Virus record (IMG/VR): IMGVR_UViG_2558860472_000005
Span: 1-34,628 of that record
DNA from: a virus
Taxonomy: Duplodnaviria > Heunggongvirae > Uroviricota > Caudoviricetes
Length of the DNA: 34,628 nucleotides
Reading direction: 5' to 3' (one strand)
The notes beneath the pieces are model-generated. The model had not been told where the DNA came from, ran no database searches, and worked only from the letters and a program-made list of their open reading frames with translations. Positions 1 through 7,853 of the stretch are shown in pieces; the stretch's first letter is position 1; the number at the start of each line of letters is the position of its first letter. A program made the position numbers and the translations under genes.

Positions 1-720
1 TTATAATTTAGCAAGCTCGTCAATCAATTGTGGGTTCTTTGACATAAAAGCTACATATGAGCTTCCTATCGTAGTGAGTTTGTAACCAGCATCACTTTCA
101 TAAATGAGTTTATTGCTTACTGGATACGAAATATATTTGATCCAATCCCAATCTGCGAAAGCTTCTTTATTATGATTTTTTGTTTTTTCAAAGAACTGAA
201 TAGCATCTTCTTTGCGGATATAACCACCATTGCTAGCAATTGTATAAAATAAGTCATATTGTGAGCGGAATAATACCTTGTTTATTTCAAAGTATCTTAC
301 AGCACTTTGCAAAAGAGATATTTCTCGTGCCAATAAATCAATTTTAATTTCATTGTCAGTATCTAGATCAGATGCTTGTTTCAATATGATTTGATATAAT
401 TCTTCACTGAATTCAGTTTTAAATTGTTCATGGTGTATTCTTATAGCTTCAATGCTCGTATTCTTTTGTAAGCTCGCCAAATTAGAATTTGAAGATTCTA
501 ATACTTCTGCTGTTTGTTTCTCTGCTATGAATTTTGCCGATATACCCGATAAAGTCGCGGATATTTCTGATAGCGTATTTTTAGAAAAAAAAGAACTGAC
601 AACTTCAAAAATTCGAGTTCGGAATCTGAATCCGATGATAAGAACAACAACTGGCCATGCAATGCTTTTTATCAGTTCAACGATTAGTTTCGGTGACCAA
701 CTACATACTAAATCTTCCAT
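1..720 (-). CDS. Hypothetical membrane-anchored protein (AT-rich accessory gene next to integrase)
   Basis: Complete 239-aa ORF with stop at 1-3; N-terminal hydrophobic helix (IAWPVVVLIIGF); strongly AT-rich unlike the phage core; no family recognised. Confidence 0.5.
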   Translation of the reverse strand: MEDLVCSWSPKLIVELIKSIAWPVVVLIIGFRFRTRIFEVVSSFFSKNTLSEISATLSGISAKFIAEKQTAEVLESSNSNLASLQKNTSIEAIRIHHEQFKTEFSEELYQIILKQASDLDTDNEIKIDLLAREISLLQSAVRYFEINKVLFRSQYDLFYTIASNGGYIRKEDAIQFFEKTKNHNKEAFADWDWIKYISYPVSNKLIYESDAGYKLTTIGSSYVAFMSKNPQLIDELAKL

Positions 721-919
721 TATCGCTCCTTTTACCTTAACTCTTATTGTGAAGTATCGCGTTTAAAAGCATGGCATTTCTGTTTGTTGCCTCACTTTCG
801 GTTATGCAAAATATAATACCTGAAAGATGTGAGTATCCCTACAATAGCCTGTTTTTGGCACATGCCTGTTTAGGTCTGTACCATAGCAATGCAAGGATAA
901 AATCTGAATTAATGCAATT

Positions 920-2104
920 TTAACCAGTTTTGATTTCCCCGTGTGGAACGACAATCCAATTAATGTGGTTTTGAGTGTAAATCTTAGTCGACTGAGCGTC
1001 GCTATGTGCCATTCGTCCTTGGGGATCGATACCCTGCTGATCGAAAAGATGCGCTGCCAGAGCTCTGATTTCATGAAAGGTTGGTCTTTCATCCATCGGT
1101 AGATTGTCGCATAAACCTAGCTTGTCTCGCGTTGCTGAAAACGATCGACTCAAATAGTCTGGTGCAACTTGTGTCGGATGTGAAACCTCTTTGCTTCGTT
1201 TAACTTGGCGTTCTGGGATTCTGTGAACGACAAACGGACTAGCCACATTATCTCGGCTATCGTCAATTATCCGTTTCAACTCTTCACCAATTGGTATTGC
1301 AACGTGTGACGCCTCTTTTTTTTGCACTTTTTGCCTGTGGATGTAAAGCGTCCCATATATGCCATTTTGTGGTTGTTCGAACCAGACACATCCACATATA
1401 CCGTCTTTAGGTTCGCGAATTGAGTAACGGATTCGCGATACTTCGAGTCGTGCATGTGTAGTTTGCAATGCTAGGTCCATTGCTGTTCTTAACCATGGTG
1501 CAGCGGCCTGCCTGATAGCTATAAAATGCTCGAGTGACAGGCGCCGTCTTTTCTTCTCATCAGTCCTACGCATTTTTTTTCTGATGGCCGGGTTATCCAG
1601 CATTAGTGATTCATCGACCGCATAAGAGAACAACTTTTTAAGAAAGCTGACCTTTCTGTTCTGCACATTTGCGGATGCGCTGGCATGATATTTGTTGATG
1701 TAGGTATTAACGTGTTCAAGTTCGATATCGCATGCCGGAACATTTACGAAAAACGCTTTTACGCGTAGAGCGTCATTTTTCCAGTCATCTAAGGTGCTCT
1801 GGGAAGGACGTTCGTCTTCGATAATCCGGGTCATTATGTGATCAACATGTTCAGCAAATGGTTTTGCTTCTCCGATAACACCGCCAGATTCTCTAATAAG
1901 ATTTTCTACTGATGGAGATAATTCTGCTCTCATCCTCAGGTTGTACTCTCTGGCGATTGCAATGGCTATTGCCCTATCCTTACCTATATTTTTCTTCTTT
2001 CCAGTAATAAGTGTGAATTTATAAACACCTCGATCTTTATCAAAAATCAGATAATCAGGAAGATGTCTGTATTCTTTTTTACGTGGCCTTGCCGCCATGG
2101 TCAC
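920..2104 (-). CDS. int: Tyrosine-type phage integrase
   Basis: 394 aa; C-terminal catalytic region with HEIRALAAH (His-x-x-Arg) and KIYTQNH (nucleophile Tyr) motifs; Xis-like gene immediately upstream on the same strand. Confidence 0.9.
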   Translation of the reverse strand: MTMAARPRKKEYRHLPDYLIFDKDRGVYKFTLITGKKKNIGKDRAIAIAIAREYNLRMRAELSPSVENLIRESGGVIGEAKPFAEHVDHIMTRIIEDERPSQSTLDDWKNDALRVKAFFVNVPACDIELEHVNTYINKYHASASANVQNRKVSFLKKLFSYAVDESLMLDNPAIRKKMRRTDEKKRRRLSLEHFIAIRQAAAPWLRTAMDLALQTTHARLEVSRIRYSIREPKDGICGCVWFEQPQNGIYGTLYIHRQKVQKKEASHVAIPIGEELKRIIDDSRDNVASPFVVHRIPERQVKRSKEVSHPTQVAPDYLSRSFSATRDKLGLCDNLPMDERPTFHEIRALAAHLFDQQGIDPQGRMAHSDAQSTKIYTQNHINWIVVPHGEIKTG

Positions 2105-2355
2105 CCCTCGTTTATTAACTTGCGAACAGCTTGACTAACCATTGAGTCGACTCCCCATTTTTCTGTTTCGCAGACAAAAACAGAACCGTCCACGATGCGT
2201 CCCATGAGTAGACCGTTCTCGACCCAACGTTTTATCGTTCGGTTGTCAGGAATTGAGCCATTAGAGAATTCACGGCGTCCCCATTGGCTCGCTTTCATTA
2301 GTTTTGCCATGGCTGTTTCTCCACTTAGCCCGCTGCACTCGGGCAGTAATATCAA
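2101..2355 (-). CDS. xis: Excisionase-like small DNA-binding protein
   Basis: 84-aa ORF overlapping the int start by 4 nt; small basic protein in the canonical xis position; true start may be the internal Met near 2311 (MAKLMKASQWGRREF...). Confidence 0.55.
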   Translation of the reverse strand: MILLPECSGLSGETAMAKLMKASQWGRREFSNGSIPDNRTIKRWVENGLLMGRIVDGSVFVCETEKWGVDSMVSQAVRKLINEG

Positions 2356-2371
2356 ATTCCAGTCCTGATAA

Positions 2372-2587
2372 TTAATTTTGTTCTCTGGTTGCTACCTGTT
2401 TTATTGGCCTGATGCTGTCCAGGATCAGACGGCGACGCATGTTTGGCGCACCCCAACGGTAACCAGTCTTTTTGTCGTAGGATTCACAACGTCCGGCAAC
2501 CCAGGACGTTTCAGTGGAATGTAATTTCATCCGCTTTTCACCGTCTCGGGTGATAACAATTCCTGTATGAGTTTTTATCACGCTCAT
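2372..2587 (-). CDS. Hypothetical phage early protein
   Basis: 71-aa ORF in the leftward early operon; 4-nt overlap with the upstream gene suggests translational coupling; no family recognised. Confidence 0.4.
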   Translation of the reverse strand: MSVIKTHTGIVITRDGEKRMKLHSTETSWVAGRCESYDKKTGYRWGAPNMRRRLILDSIRPIKQVATREQN

Positions 2588-2946
2588 TTCTTAGTCTCCG
2601 GTGCTTTCGGCATTACTGCCCAGTGAGTGATATTGACATTTTCAAGGTCCCCGACCTGAAATGTCCGCTGCCATTCTCCGGTTTCTTTTTGCCCCCATGT
2701 GTACCAGAGAGAACGCCAGCCAATCAGCCAGCCTTCTCCACTAGCATCAAATAACAGAACACTTTCATTTGCTGGTGGCAGTTCAGCTGACACTGGTATT
2801 ATTTTGTTTTCCAGTGCCGCACATTTAGCTTCAAGCGCGTTGAATTTACGTACTAGGTACTCAGCATTTGTTTCGTTCACTTTCAGATCTCGCGGTACAC
2901 ATTTCCCGCGAAGAAACCCTTCCATTTCGAAAACATTCATGCGCAT
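2584..2946 (-). CDS. Hypothetical phage early protein
   Basis: 120-aa ORF with phage-core composition, co-oriented and overlapping its neighbours; no family recognised. Confidence 0.45.
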   Translation of the reverse strand: MRMNVFEMEGFLRGKCVPRDLKVNETNAEYLVRKFNALEAKCAALENKIIPVSAELPPANESVLLFDASGEGWLIGWRSLWYTWGQKETGEWQRTFQVGDLENVNITHWAVMPKAPETKK

Positions 2947-3500
2947 TTGCGTAACTCCGATAACTCGTTAAAACGTTCCATAAACATCCCGTAGGCCTGG
3001 CCCGGTGCCAGTGGAATCACGTTGAACATCTCTGTTGCCGGGATGCCTTCCAGTACAGGCCAGAAAGAGCCATCATCAAGCCCGAGATCGCGGCGTTCGG
3101 TTGCCAGCATGATGAGATCGGCATATTTCACAGGCGTGCTCATAACCGGGGGTAACCCGTATTTTTCACGGATTACGGCGTCTATTTTTTCTTCCATCCG
3201 TTTATAGTCAGGAAGAAGGCGTTTCAGTGGAGCCGGGATGTCCTGGCAATACGCTTCTGTTGCATCATGCATTAACGCTTCAAAAGCAAATTCCTGCGGT
3301 ACCAGCTGGCTGCAAAGCACCGCATGTTGGGCGACGCTGTAGAAGTGTGAAAGATGTCCTGCAAAGCGACAGATATTTGAAAGGGAAACCGCGATATCGT
3401 TAATAACGATGTCGTCTTTATTTATCCTGTCATAATAAAAATGCTTCCCGGAAAAAGTTTTAATAAATGACATTTTGTTCTCCACGTATATGCGCTGCAC
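2937..3500 (-). CDS. HD-domain phosphohydrolase (prophage YfdR-like)
   Basis: H...HD metal-binding signature (SVAQHAV ... ALMHDATEAY); YfdR resemblance is from memory. Start may be the second Met at 3473. Confidence 0.7.
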   Translation of the reverse strand: MQRIYVENKMSFIKTFSGKHFYYDRINKDDIVINDIAVSLSNICRFAGHLSHFYSVAQHAVLCSQLVPQEFAFEALMHDATEAYCQDIPAPLKRLLPDYKRMEEKIDAVIREKYGLPPVMSTPVKYADLIMLATERRDLGLDDGSFWPVLEGIPATEMFNVIPLAPGQAYGMFMERFNELSELRKCA

Positions 3501-3540
3501 CGCGCTGAATTCGGGTAAAAGGAAGCCCTCACCGTCCGGC

Positions 3541-3960
3541 GATTATTGAGTCAATTACATTTCCATAAATGCCCCCGTAGGGGCGGTTAGTTTCTCCACA
3601 AAACAGAGAAGAACACCTGTGGTGGCAGCCGCCCGGATGGATTGGGTTATGAGCCCGTCGTCCGATGATGCTCTTCTCTGTTTTGTAAAAAGGACGGTAC
3701 CAGCCGGAAGCAAGGGTACAAGCTGGTACCGCCAAGACAACACACAGCATAAAGTTGTGGTGCCGGGTGCCTCCCGGTGCCTGGCGAAGGTTGTACACCA
3801 GACGGGTGGGTATCCACAGAAGGTCGACTGTCAGCCTCAACCTTAACCCGCGTGCGCTGAGCCGCATTCACCACAACGCTAAGGATTCTCTCTGGTTGAA
3901 AATACTTAGCTGTTATGTGCCTGCTTTTAGCCACATCAGGCGAGGTGGACCTGGTTATTC
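3541..3960. other. GC-rich structured non-coding region (candidate ncRNA or cis-acting leader)
   Basis: No protein-like ORF despite long overlapping ORFs on both strands; hairpin GCCCCCGTAGGGGC at 3571-3586; perfect 15-bp inverted repeat ACAAAACAGAGAAGA (3598-3612) / TCTTCTCTGTTTTGT (3672-3686); 10-bp stem CGGTACCAGC / GCTGGTACCG (3695-3731). Confidence 0.3.
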
Positions 3961-4017
3961 CCCAACAACAAGGATTCGGTATAATCTGGATATCCCAACA
4001 ACAGGTAGGAAGGAAAT

Positions 4018-4101
4018 ATGTACGTAGATAGCAATGAAAAATTTCATGTTCCGGTAAATCAGAGACCAGCACCGATCCCTGAGCCGAAACCTGAAATGTA
4101 A
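4018..4101 (+). CDS. Proline-rich micro-ORF a (27 aa)
   Basis: ATG preceded by strong SD AGGTAGGAAGGA; peptide MYVDSNEKFHVPVNQRPAPIPEPKPEM; shares an H-[VI]-P...P-x-P-[ES]-P-K motif with two downstream micro-ORFs. Confidence 0.35.
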   Translation: MYVDSNEKFHVPVNQRPAPIPEPKPEM

Positions 4102-4111
4102 GGGAATAGAG

Positions 4112-4591
4112 ATGACTCGAGACGATCTAGCATTCGATATTCATTATTCTTTCTTTCTTGAGAAAATGAATTACACCCTTTTAAATCGGATAGACAAGAG
4201 CATAACTCTTGTTCTCATTGTCTTGGGCTTTTCTGTTTTTGCGCCATATAGCAATATGTTTATTTTTGGCGCATCTGTAGCTATTTTGTCGGTGCTTCAA
4301 TTGGTATACCAATTTGGGCAGGAAGCTGGCTTATCAAAGGAACAGATGCGACAGTATAAAAGGTTGATTGTTGAGTTTTCCTCCCTTTCTGATGACGAAC
4401 TACGCACTCGGTTTTTAAAGGTTCAAGACGCTGATAGTAATCCATGGAGATCTTTACAAGATGCTGCGTTCAAACGGACCTGTATTGCGCTGGGACGTGT
4501 TGATGAGTCAGAAATATCATTCATGCATAGCGTTATCGCATGGTTTGCTGGAGATTTGCCTCGGTCAAAAAGGTGTAATAATGACAAATAG
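4112..4591 (+). CDS. Two-transmembrane-helix membrane protein (AT-rich cargo)
   Basis: 159 aa; SD AGGGAATAGAG upstream; two adjacent hydrophobic helices (ITLVLIVLGFSVFAP, MFIFGASVAILSVLQLVYQF) then a charged C-terminal domain; packed between micro-ORFs. Confidence 0.6.
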   Translation: MTRDDLAFDIHYSFFLEKMNYTLLNRIDKSITLVLIVLGFSVFAPYSNMFIFGASVAILSVLQLVYQFGQEAGLSKEQMRQYKRLIVEFSSLSDDELRTRFLKVQDADSNPWRSLQDAAFKRTCIALGRVDESEISFMHSVIAWFAGDLPRSKRCNNDK

Positions 4592-4697
4592 AATTCCCAT
4601 AATCCCTAACCATGTACCTCCAAAGCCCAGACCACCATCACCAAAGTCACACAGGCTTTATGAGTATGAATTAATAATGGATTCTATATTGAGATGA
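4581..4697 (+). CDS. Proline-rich micro-ORF b (38 aa)
   Basis: ATG overlaps the end of the upstream 2-TM gene; peptide MTNRIPIIPNHVPPKPRPPSPKSHRLYEYELIMDSILR; paralogous motif to micro-ORFs a and c. Confidence 0.3.
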   Translation: MTNRIPIIPNHVPPKPRPPSPKSHRLYEYELIMDSILR

Positions 4698-4701
4698 CCA
4701 A

Positions 4702-4791
4702 ATGAATGCATTTATATATACATGGAAAGAGGATCATATACCCTTAAAACCTCGTCCTTCACCGCCAGAACCGAAGCCAAAATCCCGTTAA
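4702..4791 (+). CDS. Proline-rich micro-ORF c (29 aa)
   Basis: Begins 5 nt after micro-ORF b; peptide MNAFIYTWKEDHIPLKPRPSPPEPKPKSR; followed by a terminator. Confidence 0.3.
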   Translation: MNAFIYTWKEDHIPLKPRPSPPEPKPKSR

Positions 4792-4823
4792 GTGTTGGGG
4801 ATCTCCAGATTGTTAAAGAGCGA

Positions 4824-4849
4824 AGCGTCCTATAGGGCGCTTTTTTGTT
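4824..4849 (+). terminator. Rho-independent terminator ending the plus-strand cargo operon
   Basis: Stem AGCGTCC / GGGCGCT (one G-U pair) with TATA loop, followed by TTTTTTGTT. Confidence 0.5.
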
Positions 4850-4960
4850 GCTAACGAATCATCCTGGACTTCATATGCCCCAGGCGGCTACTTCGTGGGC
4901 GTCCTGCCTGTTCGTTGTTTCGCTTGGGTACATTATGTATCTCAAAGGTACATTGTCAAG

Positions 4961-4986
4961 TATAAAAAAACCTGCCGAAGCAGGTT
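4961..4986 (-). terminator. Rho-independent terminator downstream of cI
   Basis: On the minus strand, stem ACCTGC / GCAGGT with 4-nt loop followed by a 7-T run; about 13 nt past the cI stop. Confidence 0.6.
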
Positions 4987-4998
4987 CATAAACATTGA

Positions 4999-5673
4999 TT
5001 AGGCTTTGATTTTGTATCTTCTTGGTTTTCCTGAGAAAATCACTGTACCAATTATAGAGCAATTACCGTTGATCTTAATGTAAGGCTCAGGCCAGTTTGG
5101 GTTTAACGCTTTGAGATAACGCTGTGTCCCATCTTCTATCAACCTTTTGAAGGTGGTTTCACCTGTATCGTGCATCAATGCAATAACGTCGTCACCGTGG
5201 CAGGCAGGTACTTCAGGATCGACAAAAATCATGTCTCCCGGGCGGTACTCATCAATCATTGAATCACCTATCACCCGCAAGATATAAGTCATTTCCCCAC
5301 AGGGTACAGGGCAGGGATACGTTTCTGCTGTGCTCAAATCAACCTCAGAATATCCAACTTCTTTCCATGCTCCGGCCTGTACCCATGATATGACAGGGAC
5401 TAATGTGATTTGTTTATTAGTGATTGAAACATCAGGTTTTTTTGTGATGTTCGTTGTCTGGTGTTCTTGATCGAGCCATCCGACAGGCAGGTCGAAACAT
5501 CTTTCGATGTGTCGTGCCATGCTGTCACCGATATTTTTAGTAGCACCATCTCCCATAAACCTGCTGGTCTGGGTTGGCTCGCGATCAATCATAGTGGCAA
5601 AGGAAGAATTCCCGCCAACACCATCTCTCAGTTTTCTGGCGTTAGACCGCCGGATGTCATGGATTGTTTTCAT
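4999..5673 (-). CDS. cI: CI-type repressor (HTH plus S24 LexA-like peptidase domain)
   Basis: 224 aa; C-terminal S24 signature (GDSM nucleophile Ser, downstream Lys in TTFKRL); candidate Ala-Gly autocleavage site (VQAGAW); divergent from the Cro-like gene. Confidence 0.85.
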   Translation of the reverse strand: MKTIHDIRRSNARKLRDGVGGNSSFATMIDREPTQTSRFMGDGATKNIGDSMARHIERCFDLPVGWLDQEHQTTNITKKPDVSITNKQITLVPVISWVQAGAWKEVGYSEVDLSTAETYPCPVPCGEMTYILRVIGDSMIDEYRPGDMIFVDPEVPACHGDDVIALMHDTGETTFKRLIEDGTQRYLKALNPNWPEPYIKINGNCSIIGTVIFSGKPRRYKIKA

Positions 5674-5688
5674 AACGAAATTAAAACC

Positions 5689-5760
5689 CTTGTACCGTTA
5701 AGGTACAAGTATCTTGAAGGTTCATTTTAATCATGTAATATGTACACCGGAGGTACATAT
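5689..5760. promoter_or_regulatory. cI-cro intergenic operator/promoter region
   Basis: Palindrome CTTGTACC-n5-GGTACAAG (5689-5709) and ATATGTAC-n7-GTACATAT (5738-5760); four GTAC cores in two pairs 11 bp apart; candidate rightward promoter -35 TTGAAG (5714-5719), -10 TAATAT (5736-5741). Confidence 0.45.
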
Positions 5761-5763
5761 TGT

Positions 5764-5964
5764 ATGAAAGCGTATTGGGACTCTTTAACCAAAGAACAGC
5801 AGGGCGAGTTGGCCGGAAAAGTTGGCTCAACACCTGGCTACTTACGGCTGGTTTTCAATGGCTATAAAAAAGCCAGTTTTGTGCTGGCTAAAAAACTTGA
5901 GCAATGCACGTCAGGTGCAATTACGAAATCTGACTTAAGACCGGATATCTATCCGAAAGATTAG
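5764..5964 (+). CDS. cro: Cro-like HTH regulator (YdaS/Cro family)
   Basis: 66 aa from ATG 5764 (ORF-track start 5740 less likely); divergent from cI; C-terminal ...ITKSDLRPDIY motif typical of this family. Confidence 0.7.
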   Translation: MKAYWDSLTKEQQGELAGKVGSTPGYLRLVFNGYKKASFVLAKKLEQCTSGAITKSDLRPDIYPKD

Positions 5965-5995
5965 CAGAACACTTTCAATTTTTAACCACAGAACG

Positions 5996-6565
5996 ATGAG
6001 GCTAATCGTGGGTAAGCATCACTGGAAAATAGAAAAACAGCCTGAGTGGTACGTGAAAGCTGTCAGAAAAACTATCGCGGCGTTGCCGGGTGGTTACGCT
6101 GAAGCGGCTGACTGGCTCGATGTAACAGAAAACGCTTTATTCAACCGCCTTCGTGCAGATGGCGATCAGATTTTCCCGCTGGGATGGGCAATGGTTTTAC
6201 AGCGTGCTGGTGGCACTCACTTCATTGCTGATGCTGTGGCGCAGTCTGCAAATGGCGTCTTTGTGTCTCTTTCTGACGTCGAGGATGTGGACAACGCCGA
6301 TATTAACCAGCGTCTGCTGGAAGTCATTGAACAGATCGGCAGTTATTCAAAACAGATTCGTTCAGCAATCGAAGACGGTGTAGTGGAACCGCATGAGAAG
6401 ACAGCAATTAACGACGAGCTGTATCTCTCAATTTCGAAGCTGCAGGAGCATGCAGCACTTGTCTACAAAATTTTTTGCATTTCAGAAAGTAATGACGCCC
6501 GCGAGTGTGCAGCTCCGGGCGTCGTGGCGTCGATTGCTTCTGGTTGTGGAGAAACTAACGCATGA
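5996..6565 (+). CDS. CII-like early regulatory protein (tentative)
   Basis: 189 aa directly downstream of cro in the cII position; family assignment from memory and uncertain; start may be internal. Confidence 0.45.
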   Translation: MRLIVGKHHWKIEKQPEWYVKAVRKTIAALPGGYAEAADWLDVTENALFNRLRADGDQIFPLGWAMVLQRAGGTHFIADAVAQSANGVFVSLSDVEDVDNADINQRLLEVIEQIGSYSKQIRSAIEDGVVEPHEKTAINDELYLSISKLQEHAALVYKIFCISESNDARECAAPGVVASIASGCGETNA

Positions 6566-6900
6566 ACAGTTTAACAACACACTACCGTCGCTCGCAACTG
6601 ATTGCGCTTCCTGTACCGGGTGGAAAAGCGAAGGTGGAATATTGCTATGCAGTGAATGTACCAGGTGACAGGGAAATTGTAACCCACAGCTTTGCAGAGT
6701 GGGCTGTGGGTGATTTCAACCGGCAGAAGGAGACAGTCCTTTGCGACAAGTTAACCGCTGGTTCAAAGATCACTACGGAGTGCCCGTCAGAGTCATTCGT
6801 TGGGAGCCGGAAACACAACGGGTTATCTACCTCCGCGAAGGTTATGAGCATGAATGCTTCAGTCCGCTCGAACAGTTTCGTCGTAAATTCAGGGAAATAG
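6562..6900 (+). CDS. Hypothetical protein; reading frame uncertain
   Basis: ATGA overlap with the upstream gene, but the C-terminal half is low-complexity; another frame has SD AAGGAGA plus TTG at 6741 and a more protein-like 59-aa product ending at 6920. Confidence 0.25.
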   Translation: MNSLTTHYRRSQLIALPVPGGKAKVEYCYAVNVPGDREIVTHSFAEWAVGDFNRQKETVLCDKLTAGSKITTECPSESFVGSRKHNGLSTSAKVMSMNASVRSNSFVVNSGK

Positions 6901-6909
6901 AGGTCGGTC

Positions 6910-7851
6910 ATGAGCACTAAATTAACCGGCTATGTATGGGATGGTTGCGCTGCATCAGGCATGAAGTTATCCAGCGTGGCAATTATGGCCCGCCTGGCTG
7001 ATTTCAGTAATGACGAAGGTGTGTGCTGGCCATCAATTGAAACCATTGCCCGTCAGATTGGCGCGGGGATGAGTACCGTCAGAACGGCTATCGCACGGCT
7101 GGAAGCAGAAGGCTGGTTAACGCGTAAGGCGCGTCGCCAGGGTAACCGCAATGCGTCGAATGTTTATCAGCTTAACGTTGCGAAGCTTCAGGCAGCGGCA
7201 TTTTCTCAACTGTCAGATTCTGACCCGTCAAAATCTGACGCATCAAAATCTGACCCGTCAAAATTTGATGCGTCGAAATCTGGCAAAAAAGCGGGTTTTC
7301 ACCCGTCAGAATCTGGCGGGGATCCGTCAGTAAAATCAAAACATGATCCGTCAGATAAAAAACCTTCTCGTCCGGACGCTTCGCAACCGGACACGCAGAC
7401 GGCTGAACAGGATTTTTTAACTCGCCATCCTGATGCGGTTGTATTCAGCCCTAAAAAGCGCCAGTGGGGAACGCAGGATGATTTGACCTGCGCACAGTGG
7501 CTCTGGAAAAAAATCATCGCCCTGTACGAGCAGGCCGCCGAATGTGACGGCGAGGTGGTTCGTCCCAAAGAACCGAACTGGACAGCCTGGGCAAACGAAA
7601 TTCGCCTGATGTGTGTGCAGGATGGTCGTAATCATAAACAAATCTGCGAGATGTACAGCCGCGTCAGTCGCGATCCGTTCTGGTGCCGTAACGTGCTCAG
7701 CCCGTCGAAGCTGCGGGAAAAATGGGATGAGCTTTCCCTGCGCTTATCGCCGTCCGTCAGCACGTACACCGAAAAACGCGAAGACCCGTACTTCAAATCC
7801 AGTTACGACAACGTGGACTACAGCCAGATCCCGGCAGGATTCAGGGGGTGA
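6910..7851 (+). CDS. Replication initiator (lambda O-like, N-terminal HTH)
   Basis: 313 aa; N-terminal HTH-like DNA-binding region; internal 15-bp direct repeats (iterons) encoding a DPSKSD/ASKSD peptide repeat, as in lambda ori inside gene O. Confidence 0.75.
   Translation: MSTKLTGYVWDGCAASGMKLSSVAIMARLADFSNDEGVCWPSIETIARQIGAGMSTVRTAIARLEAEGWLTRKARRQGNRNASNVYQLNVAKLQAAAFSQLSDSDPSKSDASKSDPSKFDASKSGKKAGFHPSESGGDPSVKSKHDPSDKKPSRPDASQPDTQTAEQDFLTRHPDAVVFSPKKRQWGTQDDLTCAQWLWKKIIALYEQAAECDGEVVRPKEPNWTAWANEIRLMCVQDGRNHKQICEMYSRVSRDPFWCRNVLSPSKLREKWDELSLRLSPSVSTYTEKREDPYFKSSYDNVDYSQIPAGFRG
7211..7362. repeat. Iteron array (candidate replication origin) inside the O-like gene
   Basis: About five contiguous 15-bp repeats (CCGTCAAAATCTGAC and variants) at 7211-7284, then three degenerate copies to 7362. 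Confidence 0.55.
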
Positions 7852-7853
7852 TC

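Noticed and set aside
721-919. tRNA gene or attL core next to the integrase
   Set aside because: No cloverleaf-compatible sequence or T-loop motif was seen in the int-proximal spacer, and no direct repeat of a candidate core could be matched because attR lies outside the window.
802-1092. 96-aa minus-strand ORF overlapping the integrase 3' end
   Set aside because: Out-of-frame overlap with the well-supported integrase gene; no independent signals.
3541-3960. Retron msr/msd ncRNA
   Set aside because: The long inverted repeats are suggestive, but there is no reverse transcriptase gene in the window and none of the adjacent ORFs look RT-like. Kept only as an unclassified structured RNA candidate.
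3529-4072. Five overlapping ORFs (62-141 aa) on both strands in the GC-rich region
   Set aside because: Translations are low-complexity and not protein-like, with no RBS or operon logic; multi-frame open reading is typical of GC-rich structured non-coding DNA. Treated as non-coding.
6393-6668. 91-aa plus-strand ORF
   Set aside because: Lies mostly inside the CII-like gene in another frame with Cys/Ser-rich low-complexity translation; judged spurious.
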